A stretch of 64,000 nt of DNA, taken from Thermoproteota archaeon (GTDB lineage: Archaea > Korarchaeota > Korarchaeia > Korarchaeales > Korarchaeaceae). The DNA lies in NCBI GenBank assembly GCA_026986575.1, contig JALSOH010000004.1:320001-384000 (forward strand). The letters are read 5' to 3'. Below the pieces are notes generated by a model that made no database searches, was not told the origin of the DNA, and worked only from the letters and a program-made list of their open reading frames with translations. Shown here piece after piece: positions 45,274 to 54,528 of this stretch; within the stretch, counting starts at the first letter, position 1; each line of letters begins with the position of its first letter. The translations under genes and the position numbers were made by a program.

Positions 45274-48209
45274 ATGAATACCCTCCGATCGTCTACCTCC
45301 CATTCCTTTCCGAAGGAACTCCCTGGCACCTCGCTCTCATCGCTGACGAACTTTATAACATTCGCATCGGAGTCCCACGCTATCTCGTCGTAGTATCTCT
45401 CCAGCGCCCTTCTCACGTCCTCGTCACCCTGCACATAGACTTCGATCCTCTCCAAACCTATGGTGAGACCTAATTCCTTTCTCATAAGCTGTATCCTCCT
45501 AGTAAGCTCCCTAGCGAGACCGCCCAGAATCTCCTCATCACCCATCTCCAAATTGAGGAACACACTTCCCTCACTGAAATCGGCCTGAGCCCATTTTCCG
45601 TCAGTGGGCGCCTCTCCTACCCTAACCTCCCTCACGTTCGCCTCCGTGACCAGAACATCTTTGAGGACCTCGACGGCCTTCCTCACCACATCGTTCTCGG
45701 TAACGACCACCATCTCCCTCAAAGGCTGCCTCTTCCTCACCCCGGCGTTCGATCGAGCAAATCCTGACGCGCTGATTATAGACCTGACGTGCATCATCAT
45801 GTCTTCCAGCTCAGGGTCGATCATCTCGTTATCAGGATCCGCTAACAGGAGGAAGTTCACGCTGTCTGGATCCTTCTCTCCTCTAAACGATTCTAGATAT
45901 ATCTTCTCAGACATGAGCGGTGCGAAGATGGATAGGTAGGGTAAGGTCTCCCTGAGTACGTGGAAGAGCACCCTTCCCCATTGATCGGCCACAGATCTAT
46001 TCTTCGATCTAAGCTTCTTTCTAGCTACCCTAAGATACAGGTGACTCAGGTCATCTATCAGGAACGAGAGGATCTCGTTGCTTGCCACATGGAGGTGATA
46101 TTCGTTCATGCTCTCCCTGACCCTCTTCATCATGGAATGAAGCCTAGACAGAACCCATCTATTGACAGGATCCAGCTCCTCCTTGGGAGGGAGCTGACCC
46201 AATTCCTTGTCCCTCAGATAAGTTGTAGCAAATACGTAAACGTTCCATATGACAGAGAGGCGCCTCTCCATCTCCTTGAGTCCCTTCCAAGAGAACCTCA
46301 GGTCCTGCCACGGTACTTTGGTGAGGACGAAGAATCTGAAAGTATCTCTAGCTACGTTCTTCAAGATCTCCGGAGGAGGTACATAGTTCCCCAAGCGTTT
46401 GTGCATCTCCCTTCCCTTCTCATCTAACATGAAGCCGTGCATTAGGACGGACTTGTAGGGAACTTGGTTAAAGAGGAGGGTTCCCATCCTAAGGAGGCTG
46501 AAGAACCATCCTCTTATCTGATCGTGTCCCTCCGTTATGAAATCGACGGGGAATATCTCTTGGAAGGCCTCCCTATTCCTATGAGGATACCCGAGGCTGG
46601 CGAAGAAGGATACACCCGAGTCGTACCACACATCCATTATATCAGGAATCCTCCTCATCTTCCCCCCGCACTTGGGGCATTTCCATGTAACTCCATCGAC
46701 CCACGGCCTATGCAGGTCCTCGAGCTTGACTCCGGCCCTATCCTCGATCTCCTTGGCAGAGCCTATGACCTCTATATGACCACAGCTCTCGCATCTCCAA
46801 ATCGGTAGCGGGATGCCCCAATACCTCTGCCTCGATATTATCCAGTCCTCCAAGCCAAGCAGCCAGTCCTTAAACCTCCTCTCCCCACCCCACTTGGGGA
46901 CCCACTTGGCCCTACCGCTCTCCTCGAGCAACTTCTTCCTCAGGTCGGTCAGCTTGACGAACCACTGCTTGGTTGTCCTTATTATCAGCGGCGTATCGCA
47001 CCTCCAGCACACGGGATACTTGTGTATGACGGTTCCTCTATGGAACAGAGCGCCTCTTCCGCTCAGGTCTTCAATTATTATGTTGTTCGCTTCCCTCACT
47101 TGGAGACCAGCGTACTTACCGGCGTCCTCAGTGAACCTGCCCCTCTCATCCACCGGACTGACGACGGGCAGGCCGTACCTCATGCCGACCTCGAAGTCTT
47201 CCTTACCGTGACCGGGCGCGCTGTGCACACACCCACTACCCTCCTCCATGGTGACATACTCCTCACTCAACACGACCCTGTGCGCATCCTTGATCCTCTG
47301 CTGAACAGGAACTAGATCCTCCAAGGGATGCTCGTACTTCAGACCTTCGAGCGTACGCCCTTCGAACTCCTCCACGACCTCATACTCCTCTATCCCTGCA
47401 TCCTTCATCACGGCCTCCAACCTGGCCTTAGCTAGGATGAGCAGATCCCCATCGACCCTGACTTTGACATACTTCTCGTTCGGGTGCACCATGACCGCCA
47501 CATTGCCAGGCAGGGTCCACGGGGTGGTCGTCCATATGAGAAGGTACTCGTTCTCACTCCCCCGAACCTTGAACTTGACGTATATGGAGGGGTCCATCAG
47601 GTCCTTATAGCTCTCACTCACCTCGTAGTCTGATAGAACGGTCTCACATCTGGGACACCAGTGAACGGGTCTCTCTCCTTCGTAGAGTCTCCCGCTTTCC
47701 CATATCTTCTTCACGCCCCACCAGGCGCTCTCTATGTATTCGTTCTCGAACGTCCTGTATGGATGATCCCAATCCATCGATACCGCAAACTCCTTGAAGT
47801 GCTCAGTCATGGATTTCAGGTTCTTAGTCGCTAGCTCCTTACATTTCAAAACGAACTTGTCTATCCCGTAATTCTCAATATCCTTCTTGGATGTGAAGCC
47901 CAAGGCCTTCTCGGTCATCACCTCTATGGGGAGACCATGGGTGTCCCATCCCGGTTTATCTAAGACGTCGTAGCCCTCTCCCCTCTTGAACCTGAGTACT
48001 GAGTCCTTGATTATCTTGTTCCACACGGTTCCTGGGTGAGGCATATCAGATGACGGATAGGGGGGCCCATCTAGGAAGTGAAACCTCTTGCTACCCTTCC
48101 TAGCCTCTCTCAGCCTCTCGTAGACCCTAGCTTCATCCCAAAACTTCAGTATCTCAGGCTCGTACTTCTTGGGATAGAAATTCCTAGTCAGCTGTCTTAC
48201 CCTGCTCAT
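45252..48209 (-). CDS. ileS: Isoleucine--tRNA ligase
   Basis: DGPPY..HPGT, GWDTHGLPIE, WTTTPWTLP, DWIISRQRYWGIP, EGHDQIRGWF, EMHKRLGN. Confidence 0.97.
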   Translation of the reverse strand: MSRVRQLTRNFYPKKYEPEILKFWDEARVYERLREARKGSKRFHFLDGPPYPSSDMPHPGTVWNKIIKDSVLRFKRGEGYDVLDKPGWDTHGLPIEVMTEKALGFTSKKDIENYGIDKFVLKCKELATKNLKSMTEHFKEFAVSMDWDHPYRTFENEYIESAWWGVKKIWESGRLYEGERPVHWCPRCETVLSDYEVSESYKDLMDPSIYVKFKVRGSENEYLLIWTTTPWTLPGNVAVMVHPNEKYVKVRVDGDLLILAKARLEAVMKDAGIEEYEVVEEFEGRTLEGLKYEHPLEDLVPVQQRIKDAHRVVLSEEYVTMEEGSGCVHSAPGHGKEDFEVGMRYGLPVVSPVDERGRFTEDAGKYAGLQVREANNIIIEDLSGRGALFHRGTVIHKYPVCWRCDTPLIIRTTKQWFVKLTDLRKKLLEESGRAKWVPKWGGERRFKDWLLGLEDWIISRQRYWGIPLPIWRCESCGHIEVIGSAKEIEDRAGVKLEDLHRPWVDGVTWKCPKCGGKMRRIPDIMDVWYDSGVSFFASLGYPHRNREAFQEIFPVDFITEGHDQIRGWFFSLLRMGTLLFNQVPYKSVLMHGFMLDEKGREMHKRLGNYVPPPEILKNVARDTFRFFVLTKVPWQDLRFSWKGLKEMERRLSVIWNVYVFATTYLRDKELGQLPPKEELDPVNRWVLSRLHSMMKRVRESMNEYHLHVASNEILSFLIDDLSHLYLRVARKKLRSKNRSVADQWGRVLFHVLRETLPYLSIFAPLMSEKIYLESFRGEKDPDSVNFLLLADPDNEMIDPELEDMMMHVRSIISASGFARSNAGVRKRQPLREMVVVTENDVVRKAVEVLKDVLVTEANVREVRVGEAPTDGKWAQADFSEGSVFLNLEMGDEEILGGLARELTRRIQLMRKELGLTIGLERIEVYVQGDEDVRRALERYYDEIAWDSDANVIKFVSDESEVPGSSFGKEWEVDDRRVFIWVKKVE

Positions 48210-48256
48210 TTCCCGGGGCACCTCGCTGCGTGCTCACTCCTACGTCGACCTTCAAG

Positions 48257-48264
48257 TTTATAAA
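48257..48264 (+). promoter_or_regulatory. TATA box of the 5S rRNA gene
   Basis: TTTATAAA about 25 nt upstream of the 5S 5' end. Confidence 0.6.
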
Positions 48265-48287
48265 TGAGAGCGAATATCCCCCTACGA

Positions 48288-48413
48288 GGGCGAGCGGCCA
48301 TAGCGGCCGGGGACACACCCGGACTCATTCCGAACCCGGAAGTTAAGCCCGGCCGCGTTCCGCGGAGTACTGAGCTCCGTAAGGGCTCGGGAAACGCGGA
48401 AGCCGCTAAGCCC
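48288..48413 (+). rRNA. rrf: 5S ribosomal RNA (stand-alone)
   Basis: GCGGCCATAGCGGCCGGG...ACACCCGGACTCATTCCGAACCCGGAAGTTAAGCCCGGCCGC...GAGTACTG...GGGAAAC...GCCGCT, the canonical archaeal 5S pattern; terminal helix GGGC..AGCGGC / GCCGCT..GCCC. Confidence 0.96.
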
Positions 48414-48415
48414 CC

Positions 48416-49531
48416 TTAACATGTGTGCAGCAACTCCTCCGCGCCTACCTTCTCCGCTACCTTCACGAAATCCTTCCATTTACCTCTAGTCTTCGGCTTC
48501 TTGGGGACGAACGGACAGGAAACGTCATATGATACGGACACATCGTAAGTCTCAATCTCCTTCGCCAGCTTAACTATATCGTCCTTATCCATCCCTATCA
48601 AGGGCCTGAGAATCGGCTTCTCCAAGCACCTGCTCTCTACCTCCAAGTTATCTAGGGTCTGACTCGCCACTTGGCCTAGGGAGTCACCTGTGACTATAGC
48701 GCTAGCTCCCATCTCCTTGGCCATCTTGTTGGCGATGACGAGCATCCTCCTCTTACAGAGGAGGCATGTCCACTCCCTTGCACCCCTCTCGACGAGCTCC
48801 TTCAGGGCCGACCCATGTTCTATCACCACGGGCTCGAACTTAACGCCATGGGAGTATCTCTTCAACACAGAGACTATCTCTCTGAATCCTCTCTCCTCTT
48901 CTGGTGTTTTCCTGAAGTGGACGGGTATGACTGCGGCGCCCCTCCTCATCATGAGCCAGGCGGCCACAGGGCTGTCTATACCGCTGGATATTAGGGCGAT
49001 CACTTTTCCCTGACTGCCGACGGGGAGTCCACCGTATCCCTCTATCCTCTCATCGGTGATGTAGGCCTTGCCCGCCACTATCTCTATGATTATCTCTTGG
49101 TCTGGGTTACTAAGATCGACGGGCCTTCCCGTCCTCCCCCTTATCATACCGCCTACATCCCTCGCTAACTCTATTGACGTAAGGGGAAAGTCCTTGGTGA
49201 CTCTCTGGACCCTGACGGCGAAGCTACCTTCCCTCTGAATAGCTACCGAGAGGGCCACCCTCTTAATCTCATCTATCTGGGCTTCGGTCTCGATGGAAGG
49301 ACTGTAGGACTTCACGCCGAATACCCACTTGGTGACCTCCCTGACCCGAGGATCTGACGTGTATATCACAATTCTGCTAGCTCTCTTAACGATCTTGATG
49401 AAGTGAACTCCTTCCGCCCTGAAAGTCTCCTCCAAATTCCTAATCAATAATCTCTCCATCTCTCTCCGGACATGTGAGGATTTCAGGCCTATCTCGGAAT
49501 ACCTCACTATCAAAGAGTTGAACTTATCCAA
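48416..49531 (-). CDS. thiI: tRNA 4-thiouridine synthase ThiI (THUMP plus PP-loop, no rhodanese domain)
   Basis: VRYSEIGLKS, GGLPVGSQGK, SSGIDSPVA, CLLCKR, TGDSLGQVASQT, RPLIGMDK. Confidence 0.93.
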   Translation of the reverse strand: MDKFNSLIVRYSEIGLKSSHVRREMERLLIRNLEETFRAEGVHFIKIVKRASRIVIYTSDPRVREVTKWVFGVKSYSPSIETEAQIDEIKRVALSVAIQREGSFAVRVQRVTKDFPLTSIELARDVGGMIRGRTGRPVDLSNPDQEIIIEIVAGKAYITDERIEGYGGLPVGSQGKVIALISSGIDSPVAAWLMMRRGAAVIPVHFRKTPEEERGFREIVSVLKRYSHGVKFEPVVIEHGSALKELVERGAREWTCLLCKRRMLVIANKMAKEMGASAIVTGDSLGQVASQTLDNLEVESRCLEKPILRPLIGMDKDDIVKLAKEIETYDVSVSYDVSCPFVPKKPKTRGKWKDFVKVAEKVGAEELLHTC

Positions 49532-49664
49532 GGGATCACCGGGCTAATTGGATGTCCTCCCAAAAATCTATCGCTGCCCATCGCAGGGGTGCCGATAAAG
49601 ATTTTACGAGCAACAGGAAGCGAAACCTTAAAGCGCCTCCGCATCTAATTAAGAGAGGAGCATC

Positions 49665-51881
49665 ATGCCCCCGATTTACTACCACTTGGAGGATTCCGAG
49701 GGAGCGGTGGAGGTGTGGTTCACTGGAGGGATCAGCAGGAAGGTGAAACACAGGCCCTACTTCTACACACTCCCAGATGAGGAGACAAAGGTTTCTGGCT
49801 TCATAGAGAAGGAGAGAGTAAGGGCTAAGGTGATGGGCGTAGAGAAGGAGCTGGTAAGGTTCTACTTCCTAGACGACAAGGCTAGGAAGAAGGCTGCCAA
49901 GAAGGTAGAGAAGCCCTTCGATCTGGACATCCCTCCTTGGTTTCAATTCTGCGTGGATCACGGGCTAATCCCGTTCTCTCAACTGGATGAGGACCTGAAA
50001 CCTGTCGGAGAACTCGTTGGCCTAGAGAACCTCAAGAAGGTCTTCTTTTCGGGACTGATATACAGCGATGAGGGTTTTCCTATAGAGGGAAAGAGCCCGG
50101 TGGTAGCAATCGCCTACGCCATCGATGATGGCCCCATAGAGACGATCGCGACGGAGGATTTGGATGATTCGACTGTGCTCAGAGAATTCATATCTATGAT
50201 TAGAACGGAGGACCCAGATGCCTTAGTTGGATACGGCCACGATGCCGACGAGTTCAAGCACATGATGGCTAGGGCCAAGCTCCACGGGATCAAACTGGCG
50301 ATAGGGAGAGACGGTTCTGAACCCCAAGAGACGGGTAGGTTCTTCAGGGGGACCATACTGGTTGAGAACAGGATAAAAGGGAGGGCCAATCTCGACATTT
50401 TTCCCATCGCTTGGAGGGATTTCCCACAACTCCCAGAGAGGACATGGTATGAGCTAGCTGACGAAATAGGTGTGGAGAGGCCCAAGGTGCTGATGAAGTT
50501 TAGAGTCGCGGAAGCTTGGAGATCTGACAGGGATGAGGCCATTAGCTACTTGAAACAGAAACTCCACACGATAAGGGAGATATACGGGAAGCTGATGGAT
50601 CATCAGGCAGAACTCTCTAAACTCACCTTGAGACCTATTCACAGACTGATCAGGACCCCAGTGGGCGAAATAGTCGAATCTTATGTCATCAGAGAGGCGA
50701 AATCCCACGGCTGGGTGTTTCCTCCAAAGGAAGCGAGGAGAGAGAGTGGATATGAGGGTGGTTACGTCTGGCTGAAATCGCCTGGCATGTACGAGGAGAT
50801 AGGCTATCTCGATTTCGCCAGTATGTACCCCTCAATCATGGCTCATCACAACATAAGCTTCGAGACTGTCGATCCCTCCCCAGAACTCTGTGAGGAAATC
50901 GAGGAGGTTGAGGTAGAGGGTGTCACTGCGAGGATCTGTAAAGATGTGAGAGGTCTTGTTCCGATACTGGTCGGAAAGCTGATGGAGGAGAGATCGGCGA
51001 TAAAGGCCAAGATGAGAGAACTCTCACCGGATGATCCCGAGTACAAGAGGTTGGATGCCCTCCAGAAGGCCGTCAAGGTCGTTACTAACGCCATGTATGG
51101 TTACATGGGGTGGACGAACGCTCTCCTCATGAATGTGAAGGCGGCTAGGATAACCTCAGCGTACGGGCGGTACTACATAAAGGAGGTGAAGGAGAGAGCC
51201 GAGTCCAAGGGACTCACCGTTATCTACATAGACACAGATGGAATTCAACTCATAGGGGGAAAGAGGGAGGACTACGAAGAGCTTCTTGAGAAGGTAAATA
51301 GGGATCTCCCCATAAGGATTGAGTTAGAGTACATTGCCGAGAGAGGGATCTACGTCGCGAAGAAGAAGTACGCACATCTGGTGGATGGCAGGCTCATCGC
51401 TAAGGGATTCGAGTTCGTCAGGAGGGACTACCCACCCATAATAAAGGAGGCCCAGAGAAAGGTGGTTGAAATGGCCCTCAGGGGGAGCGATCTGGACGAG
51501 ATAAAGGGGTTGATCAACGAGTACAGAAGCAGGATCCTAAATAAGGAGGTGAGAAAGGAGGACCTCATCATCATGGAGACAATGGGCAAGGAATTGGACA
51601 AGTTCGAGAGAAGGACTAAGGGATTCTACGTGGCGATGTGGCTACTAGAGAGGAAAGGTATAGAGGTGCATAGGGGACAGGTTCTAAGGATCCTCATAGT
51701 GAAAGGACCGGGAAGTGTTAACGAGAGAGCGAGACCAGCAGAGTTCTTCGATTTGGATGACGTAGATCTGGACTACTATGTGAAACTCCTCGATCAGGTT
51801 ATGGAGAGGACCCTATCCTCCCTCAAGAAGGTCGGAATATCCGAGAAGAGGACAGGGGGGTTGGAGGAGTGGTTCGGATGA
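49665..51881 (+). CDS. Family B DNA polymerase with intact polymerase motifs and degenerate 3'-5' exonuclease motifs
   Basis: YLDFASMYPSIM (A), KVVTNAMYGY (B), IYIDTDG (C), KKKYA, KGFEFVRRD; C-terminal PIP-like GLEEWF. Confidence 0.93.
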   Translation: MPPIYYHLEDSEGAVEVWFTGGISRKVKHRPYFYTLPDEETKVSGFIEKERVRAKVMGVEKELVRFYFLDDKARKKAAKKVEKPFDLDIPPWFQFCVDHGLIPFSQLDEDLKPVGELVGLENLKKVFFSGLIYSDEGFPIEGKSPVVAIAYAIDDGPIETIATEDLDDSTVLREFISMIRTEDPDALVGYGHDADEFKHMMARAKLHGIKLAIGRDGSEPQETGRFFRGTILVENRIKGRANLDIFPIAWRDFPQLPERTWYELADEIGVERPKVLMKFRVAEAWRSDRDEAISYLKQKLHTIREIYGKLMDHQAELSKLTLRPIHRLIRTPVGEIVESYVIREAKSHGWVFPPKEARRESGYEGGYVWLKSPGMYEEIGYLDFASMYPSIMAHHNISFETVDPSPELCEEIEEVEVEGVTARICKDVRGLVPILVGKLMEERSAIKAKMRELSPDDPEYKRLDALQKAVKVVTNAMYGYMGWTNALLMNVKAARITSAYGRYYIKEVKERAESKGLTVIYIDTDGIQLIGGKREDYEELLEKVNRDLPIRIELEYIAERGIYVAKKKYAHLVDGRLIAKGFEFVRRDYPPIIKEAQRKVVEMALRGSDLDEIKGLINEYRSRILNKEVRKEDLIIMETMGKELDKFERRTKGFYVAMWLLERKGIEVHRGQVLRILIVKGPGSVNERARPAEFFDLDDVDLDYYVKLLDQVMERTLSSLKKVGISEKRTGGLEEWFG

Positions 51882-51887
51882 CCCCCC

Positions 51888-52229
51888 TCACACCTTGAGG
51901 AACTTGAGAGGGAGCTTAGAGGATCCCCTCTTCCTGTAGGGTCTGTTCAGGGGAACGGCTATCTTCCTCTCCTCCTCTGACCTAGGTCTCACGATTCCCA
52001 AGTAGACCGCGCAACTTATGCAGTAGTACCTAGTCTCGAGCCTCTTGGATATGTAAGCCCCCTGTCTCTCCAAATCCTTCCCGAGACTTCCACCAACGGG
52101 CGACACCCATTTTGTCACCTTAACCGCCTTATCGGCCGGAACCGCTCTCCCACACTGATAGCACTGGACTATCCTCTCGTGACCAGAACCACCTAATTTC
52201 CTACCTCTGTTTTTCCTCTTCTTAGGCAT
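51888..52229 (-). CDS. rps26e: 30S ribosomal protein S26e
   Basis: MPKKRKNRGR, CYQCGRAVPADKA, YCISCAVYLGIVRPRS. Confidence 0.95.
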   Translation of the reverse strand: MPKKRKNRGRKLGGSGHERIVQCYQCGRAVPADKAVKVTKWVSPVGGSLGKDLERQGAYISKRLETRYYCISCAVYLGIVRPRSEEERKIAVPLNRPYRKRGSSKLPLKFLKV

Positions 52230-52367
52230 ACATTTCCCTAGCGAACTGAGGTGATCCGTGAAAATAAAGGTTTCCTTCTGTGCCACCCAGCAACCACAAT
52301 CAGTTGGCAAGGGATTTTGGAGATGAAGAAAGGAAATCAGAAGGAAAGGAGACCGGATGTTTGGCGA

Positions 52368-53807
52368 TCAGTAGGATCTTCCTATCCATGCCCTGTGTTT
52401 CGCTTCTCTTCCACAGATGACGCACTTCTCCCCCCTGCCCTCCAGTGCGTTTTCCTCGTACCCCAATATGCCGTATCCAATCTCTTCCTCTACCTCGTGC
52501 CCGCACTCCTCTAGACCGCACCAAGGGAACGACACGATCTTCTCACCCACGTTTTCCCTGATCTCCTCTACTGTTTCAGCATGAACTGTCCTCTTCTCAA
52601 AGTATTCCCTGGTCTGCCTCCTCATCTCCTCCTCTATTTCACCGAAAAGGGATTCAATCCTGCTCCCGAGGTCATCAAATGGAACTAGAGACCTCTCCAT
52701 CTTGTCCCTCCTGAAGAGGGTCAGAGTTCTCTCCTCGTACTCCTTCCTACCTACCTCAATCCTTACGGGGACGCCCTTCATCTCCCACTTGAAGAACTTG
52801 TATCCAGGTCTCTCATCGGTATCATCCAGCTCGACCCTGTAATCACCGGCGAGAGCGTTGTAGACCTCCTTAGCGTACTCGAGCACCTTCTCCTCATACC
52901 CCTTCGATGGTATGGGTACCACGACGATCTGAATTGGAGCAAGCTTAGGCGGGAGTTTCAATCCCCTATCGTCGCCATGGATAGCTATCAGGGCCGCTAG
53001 AGACCTCTCAGATATCCCGAAGGATGTAGTATTGACGTTCCTCTTCTGTCCGTTCTCATCCATGTACTCTAGGCCGTAGGTCCTAGCGAACAAATCACCG
53101 AAGTTTATGGCGCTTCCAAGTTCCAACGCTTTTCCGTCTGGCATTATGGTTATCAGATCGTAATTGTACTTGGCCCCAGGGAATGTGTCCCAAGGTGTGG
53201 TCTTCACCACCACATAGGGAACTAGGAGCTCCTCATAAAACTTCTTGTAGATCCACACCTCCAGCTCCACCTGCTTCACCGCATCCTCGTACGTGGCGTG
53301 GAATGTATGCCCCTCTTTAAAGAACACGATCTCCCTGACCCTCAGCATGGGCCTAGTGGCCTTAGTCTCGTATCTGTACACCGGGACGATCTGATAGATC
53401 CTAAGCGGTAAGTCCTTGTAGCTCGTTATCCACCTGTTCAGGACTTCGTACATAATGGCCTCGCTGGTTGGCCTTAATGCCAGCTTCTCCCTTATCTCCT
53501 GCTTACCCAGTCGAGTGATCCAGTAAATGGAATCCTCAAAGCCCTTGATGAATCTGAATTCCCTACTCAAAACTCCCTCCGGCACCACGCCCGGGAAGTA
53601 CACCCTCTTATGCCCAGTTTGTCTCATCAATCTCTCCATGACGTTCATCACGTTCTCCATAAGTTCATAGCCAAAGGGAAGCCATACGTACATCCCCTTG
53701 ACTGGATACCTCTCATCCAAGATTTCCGCCTTGAAGAGGACCTCATCGAACCATCTCGAGAAGTTCTCCCCCTTAGGAGTTAGTTCGAACGCTTCTCTTT
53801 CCGACAT
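52368..53807 (-). CDS. proS: Proline--tRNA ligase (archaeal/eukaryote type)
   Basis: RYPVKGMYVW, LALRPTSE, YRYETKATRPMLRVRE, FGISERS, WEMKGVPVRIEVG, C-terminal GRSY. Confidence 0.96.
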   Translation of the reverse strand: MSEREAFELTPKGENFSRWFDEVLFKAEILDERYPVKGMYVWLPFGYELMENVMNVMERLMRQTGHKRVYFPGVVPEGVLSREFRFIKGFEDSIYWITRLGKQEIREKLALRPTSEAIMYEVLNRWITSYKDLPLRIYQIVPVYRYETKATRPMLRVREIVFFKEGHTFHATYEDAVKQVELEVWIYKKFYEELLVPYVVVKTTPWDTFPGAKYNYDLITIMPDGKALELGSAINFGDLFARTYGLEYMDENGQKRNVNTTSFGISERSLAALIAIHGDDRGLKLPPKLAPIQIVVVPIPSKGYEEKVLEYAKEVYNALAGDYRVELDDTDERPGYKFFKWEMKGVPVRIEVGRKEYEERTLTLFRRDKMERSLVPFDDLGSRIESLFGEIEEEMRRQTREYFEKRTVHAETVEEIRENVGEKIVSFPWCGLEECGHEVEEEIGYGILGYEENALEGRGEKCVICGREAKHRAWIGRSY

Positions 53808-53845
53808 GTTCCCGCCTCGCCCTGCTCAACCTTCCGAGTAGGTCC

Positions 53846-54520
53846 CTATCTAAAAACTATGCCGATCGATCTGAGGAAGTCCTCCCTCTCAGACACCCTA
53901 AGCACATTGAATCTCATCCCAGGATTCTCCTCCTCCAACTTCCGCACGAGCTTAAGATAGATGTTCTCGAAGTCCGGCTTCATTTCCTCCAACTCCCCGA
54001 GAGCTAGCAATTCCTCCGCAGGGATCTCGACAAAAGGTGAAACATGGCCGAGGACTTCTCTCAAAGCGAGGAATACCTTGCCCTTCAGCACAAGGAGGGA
54101 CGGCGATCCCGTGAAAATGAACCTTAGAAGGAGACCCACGACATCATCCAAGAGCAGAGGGAGGACGACTTTACCTTTATCTTCTTCCCCCTCTTTTAAG
54201 AAGGCCAAGACAGCCTCCCACAAATCCTCGTGGGGTGGTAGTCTTTCCTCTCTGATCGAGACGGGGAATTCAGATTCAATCTCCGAGAAGAGATCCCACA
54301 GCAGATCATCTCGCTTGAGCCCTGACCTGATGAAGATGATGTTGTCGTCCCTTTTCAGGAGCTTGTACCTGCTTATAGTTCGTTTGATCCTGCTGAGTAG
54401 AGAATCTCTGAGGCAGCGACGGCATAGTGCCTCTCCGGAGTACCTCCTAACAATTAGCACATTGCTCGATCCGCACCTACTGCACCTGAGAGCATTTTTA
54501 GTGGACAGAGATCCATTCAT
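53846..54520 (-). CDS. Degenerate TtuA/Ncs6 paralogue (N-terminal Zn finger retained, PP-loop and Fe-S cysteines lost; Ctu2-like)
   Basis: CSRC...RRYSGEALCRRC...RIKRTISRYKLLKRDDNI matches the TtuA N-terminus; SGGKDS replaced by SGLKRD; GHNLDD replaced by PLLLDD; RKLEEENPG retained. Confidence 0.75.
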   Translation of the reverse strand: MNGSLSTKNALRCSRCGSSNVLIVRRYSGEALCRRCLRDSLLSRIKRTISRYKLLKRDDNIIFIRSGLKRDDLLWDLFSEIESEFPVSIREERLPPHEDLWEAVLAFLKEGEEDKGKVVLPLLLDDVVGLLLRFIFTGSPSLLVLKGKVFLALREVLGHVSPFVEIPAEELLALGELEEMKPDFENIYLKLVRKLEEENPGMRFNVLRVSEREDFLRSIGIVFR

Positions 54521-54528
54521 CAGATAAG

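Noticed and set aside
45252-48209. Non-canonical HIGH/KMSKS motifs (HPGT, EMHKR) in IleRS
   Set aside because: Similar variants are known in crenarchaeal-type IleRS; useful for taxonomy, not novel
48282-48479. 65-aa minus-strand ORF
   Set aside because: Antisense to the 5S rRNA gene
49536-49751. Short ORFs and a possible riboswitch between thiI and polB
   Set aside because: Only weak pairing, no TPP or other recognisable aptamer core; the region is explained by two divergent promoters
32434-51881. Inteins in RadA or PolB; in-frame amber codon in Thg1
   Set aside because: Protein lengths are normal and frames uninterrupted
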